From: Gammaproteobacteria bacterium
Lineage (GTDB): Bacteria > Pseudomonadota > Gammaproteobacteria > Nevskiales > Nevskiaceae
Reading direction: 5' to 3'
DNA: 45,857 bases
Assembly (NCBI GenBank): GCA_031396825.1
Contig: JANNLM010000026.1
Location: 1-45,857 of the forward strand
This document shows, piece by piece, positions 44,829 through 45,857 of the stretch. Every line of letters begins with the position of its first letter. Position 1 is the first letter of the stretch. The notes beneath the pieces were generated by a model, which was not told where the DNA came from, searched no databases, and worked only from the letters and a program-made list of their open reading frames with translations. A program made the translations under genes and the position numbers.

Positions 44829-45857
44829 CTAAGTCCCCCGCGGCTTGGCCCGACGTGTGGGCGCTGCCGTCACCGGATCGTCCGGCCAGGGATGCCGGGG
44901 ATAGCGGCCTTTCATGTCCTTCTTCACATCGAGATAGCCACGCGTCCAGAACCCCGCCAGGTCCTGAGTGACCGCCACCGGCTTCTGCCCCGGCGACAGC
45001 AGGTGCAGCACGACCTTGGTGCGGCCGTCGTTGACCGCCGGCGTGTCGCGGCAACCAAACATCTCCTGCAACTTCACCTCCAGCGCCGGCGCATTGGGCG
45101 GCTGGTACGACAGCCGGATACGCGAGCCGGTCGGCACCGTGACGTGCGTGGGGGCAAGCCGCTCGAGTTTCTGCCGCGTGGCGTAATCGAAGCGGGTGTT
45201 CAGTATTTCGAGCAGGTCGAGCCGGTCGAAATGAGCGCGCCGCGTGACGCCATCGAGATACGGCACCAGCCATTGATCGAGCGTCGCCAGCAGCGTGGCG
45301 TCCGCAACGTCCGGCCAGGTTTCGGTTTCGCGCCAGAGGCGCAAGGACTGCACGCGCGCCTGCCATTGCCGCGCCTCGTCGCTCCACGGCAGCGCGCCCA
45401 GCCCCATCTGGCGGATGCCGTCCAGCATCGCCGCGCGCACGGCCTCACCCGACTCGGAGCGTCGATCGCGACGGCCGAGCACGATGGCGCCCAGCCGCGT
45501 CTGCTCTTCGGCCACGACCGCTTCCGCCTGCGCGTCCCAGCGCACCACCGTTTCGCTGCGGATGCGCGCGGCGTGGTCGCGCTCGACGTCCGCAAACGCG
45601 ATCGGCGCGGCCAGCCGGATTTTTCTCGGCGAAGCCGGATCCCAGTGCGCGATGGCGAGCCACTCGCTCGCCGCCAGCGGATCCCTGTCGGACAGGCGCG
45701 CTTCGCCGCCGTCCTCGCACAGGTACGCGGTGGTCAAGCCGGCCCGGCGGCGCGCGATGCGCTCCGGAAACGCCCAGGCGATGGCGCGGCCCAGCTCGTT
45801 TTCATCGGGACGGCCCTCGCCCTCGACCTCCAGCATCCGCAGCAACTGGCGCACCGA
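44829..45857 (-). CDS. hrpB: ATP-dependent RNA helicase HrpB, C-terminal part (gene continues beyond the window)
   Basis: The ORF is open to the window edge. The C-terminal block QDLAGFWTRGYLDVKKDMKGRYPRHPWPDDP is the conserved HrpB C-terminal domain signature. Confidence 0.85.
   Translation of the reverse strand, partial: SVRQLLRMLEVEGEGRPDENELGRAIAWAFPERIARRRAGLTTAYLCEDGGEARLSDRDPLAASEWLAIAHWDPASPRKIRLAAPIAFADVERDHAARIRSETVVRWDAQAEAVVAEEQTRLGAIVLGRRDRRSESGEAVRAAMLDGIRQMGLGALPWSDEARQWQARVQSLRLWRETETWPDVADATLLATLDQWLVPYLDGVTRRAHFDRLDLLEILNTRFDYATRQKLERLAPTHVTVPTGSRIRLSYQPPNAPALEVKLQEMFGCRDTPAVNDGRTKVVLHLLSPGQKPVAVTQDLAGFWTRGYLDVKKDMKGRYPRHPWPDDPVTAAPTRRAKPRGT

Noticed and set aside
44626-44832. 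68-aa plus-strand ORF in the hrpB-ndvB intergenic region
   Set aside because: There is no Shine-Dalgarno sequence. The translation is Gly/Pro/Ala/Ser-rich and featureless, and the ORF runs antisense to the likely ndvB leader. I treated the region as non-coding.
1-45857. Searched for CRISPR arrays, rRNA, transposases/IS ends, integrases, toxin-antitoxin pairs and classical defence genes
   Set aside because: I saw no regularly spaced repeats of 25-40 bp. None of the listed ORF translations has DDE/tyrosine-recombinase/serine-recombinase, Cas, restriction-modification or abortive-infection hallmarks that I could recognise. This was by-eye inspection only, so short or degenerate elements could be missed.

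Overview
GC-rich proteobacterial chromosomal segment. A 60-nt sample I counted at 12121-12180 is 40/60 G+C. The copL/copAB/cyclic-glucan gene content suggests a Xanthomonadales- or Burkholderiales-like soil bacterium, but that taxonomy is inference only. The window is a mosaic of seven blocks. (1) 1-133: tRNA fragment plus tRNA-Tyr(GTA), minus strand. (2) 226-11993: one uninterrupted 12-gene minus-strand copper cluster. In transcription order it holds a CpxP-like Met-rich periplasmic protein, an FNR/2Fe-2S fusion with a periplasmic Met-rich domain, a 5-TM di-His membrane protein, a heptahaem cytochrome c, two secreted Met/His-rich proteins, copA (multicopper oxidase), copB, a small membrane protein, a circularly permuted ATP-grasp enzyme and a Cu(I) P1B-1 ATPase. 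(3) 12118-19159, plus strand: gnd-zwf-pgl followed by a beta-CASP MBL nuclease, an AMP-phosphorylase-like 'thymidine phosphorylase' and a Prs-like kinase. (4) 19236-24731, plus strand: second metal cluster with a copL-like gene, a TolC-like lipoprotein, a compact apparently two-domain multicopper oxidase, cytochrome c, an NTF2-like lipoprotein, a SAM methyltransferase and a possible truncated CDF remnant. (5) 24732-31237, minus strand: BON protein, transaldolase, cytoplasmic glucoamylase/GH144-like protein, acetate kinase and phosphoketolase. (6) 31257-35654, minus strand: a 22%-Met secreted protein, a P1B-3-like ATPase with CPD instead of CPH and a cysteine-less HMA domain, two low-GC small genes, and a stand-alone duplicate of that HMA domain. 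(7) A 2899-aa cyclic beta-1,2-glucan synthase and the 3' part of hrpB. I recognised no transposase, integrase, CRISPR array, rRNA or transcription-factor gene. The best candidate for an undescribed system is the NAD(P)H-to-periplasm electron-transfer module at 6815-11993 that heads the copAB operon. Second candidates are the beta-CASP/AMPpase-like/Prs-like triad linked to the phosphoketolase genes, and the Ser-for-Cys HMA / CPD P-type ATPase module. All family calls come from motif recognition by eye; no database search was possible.
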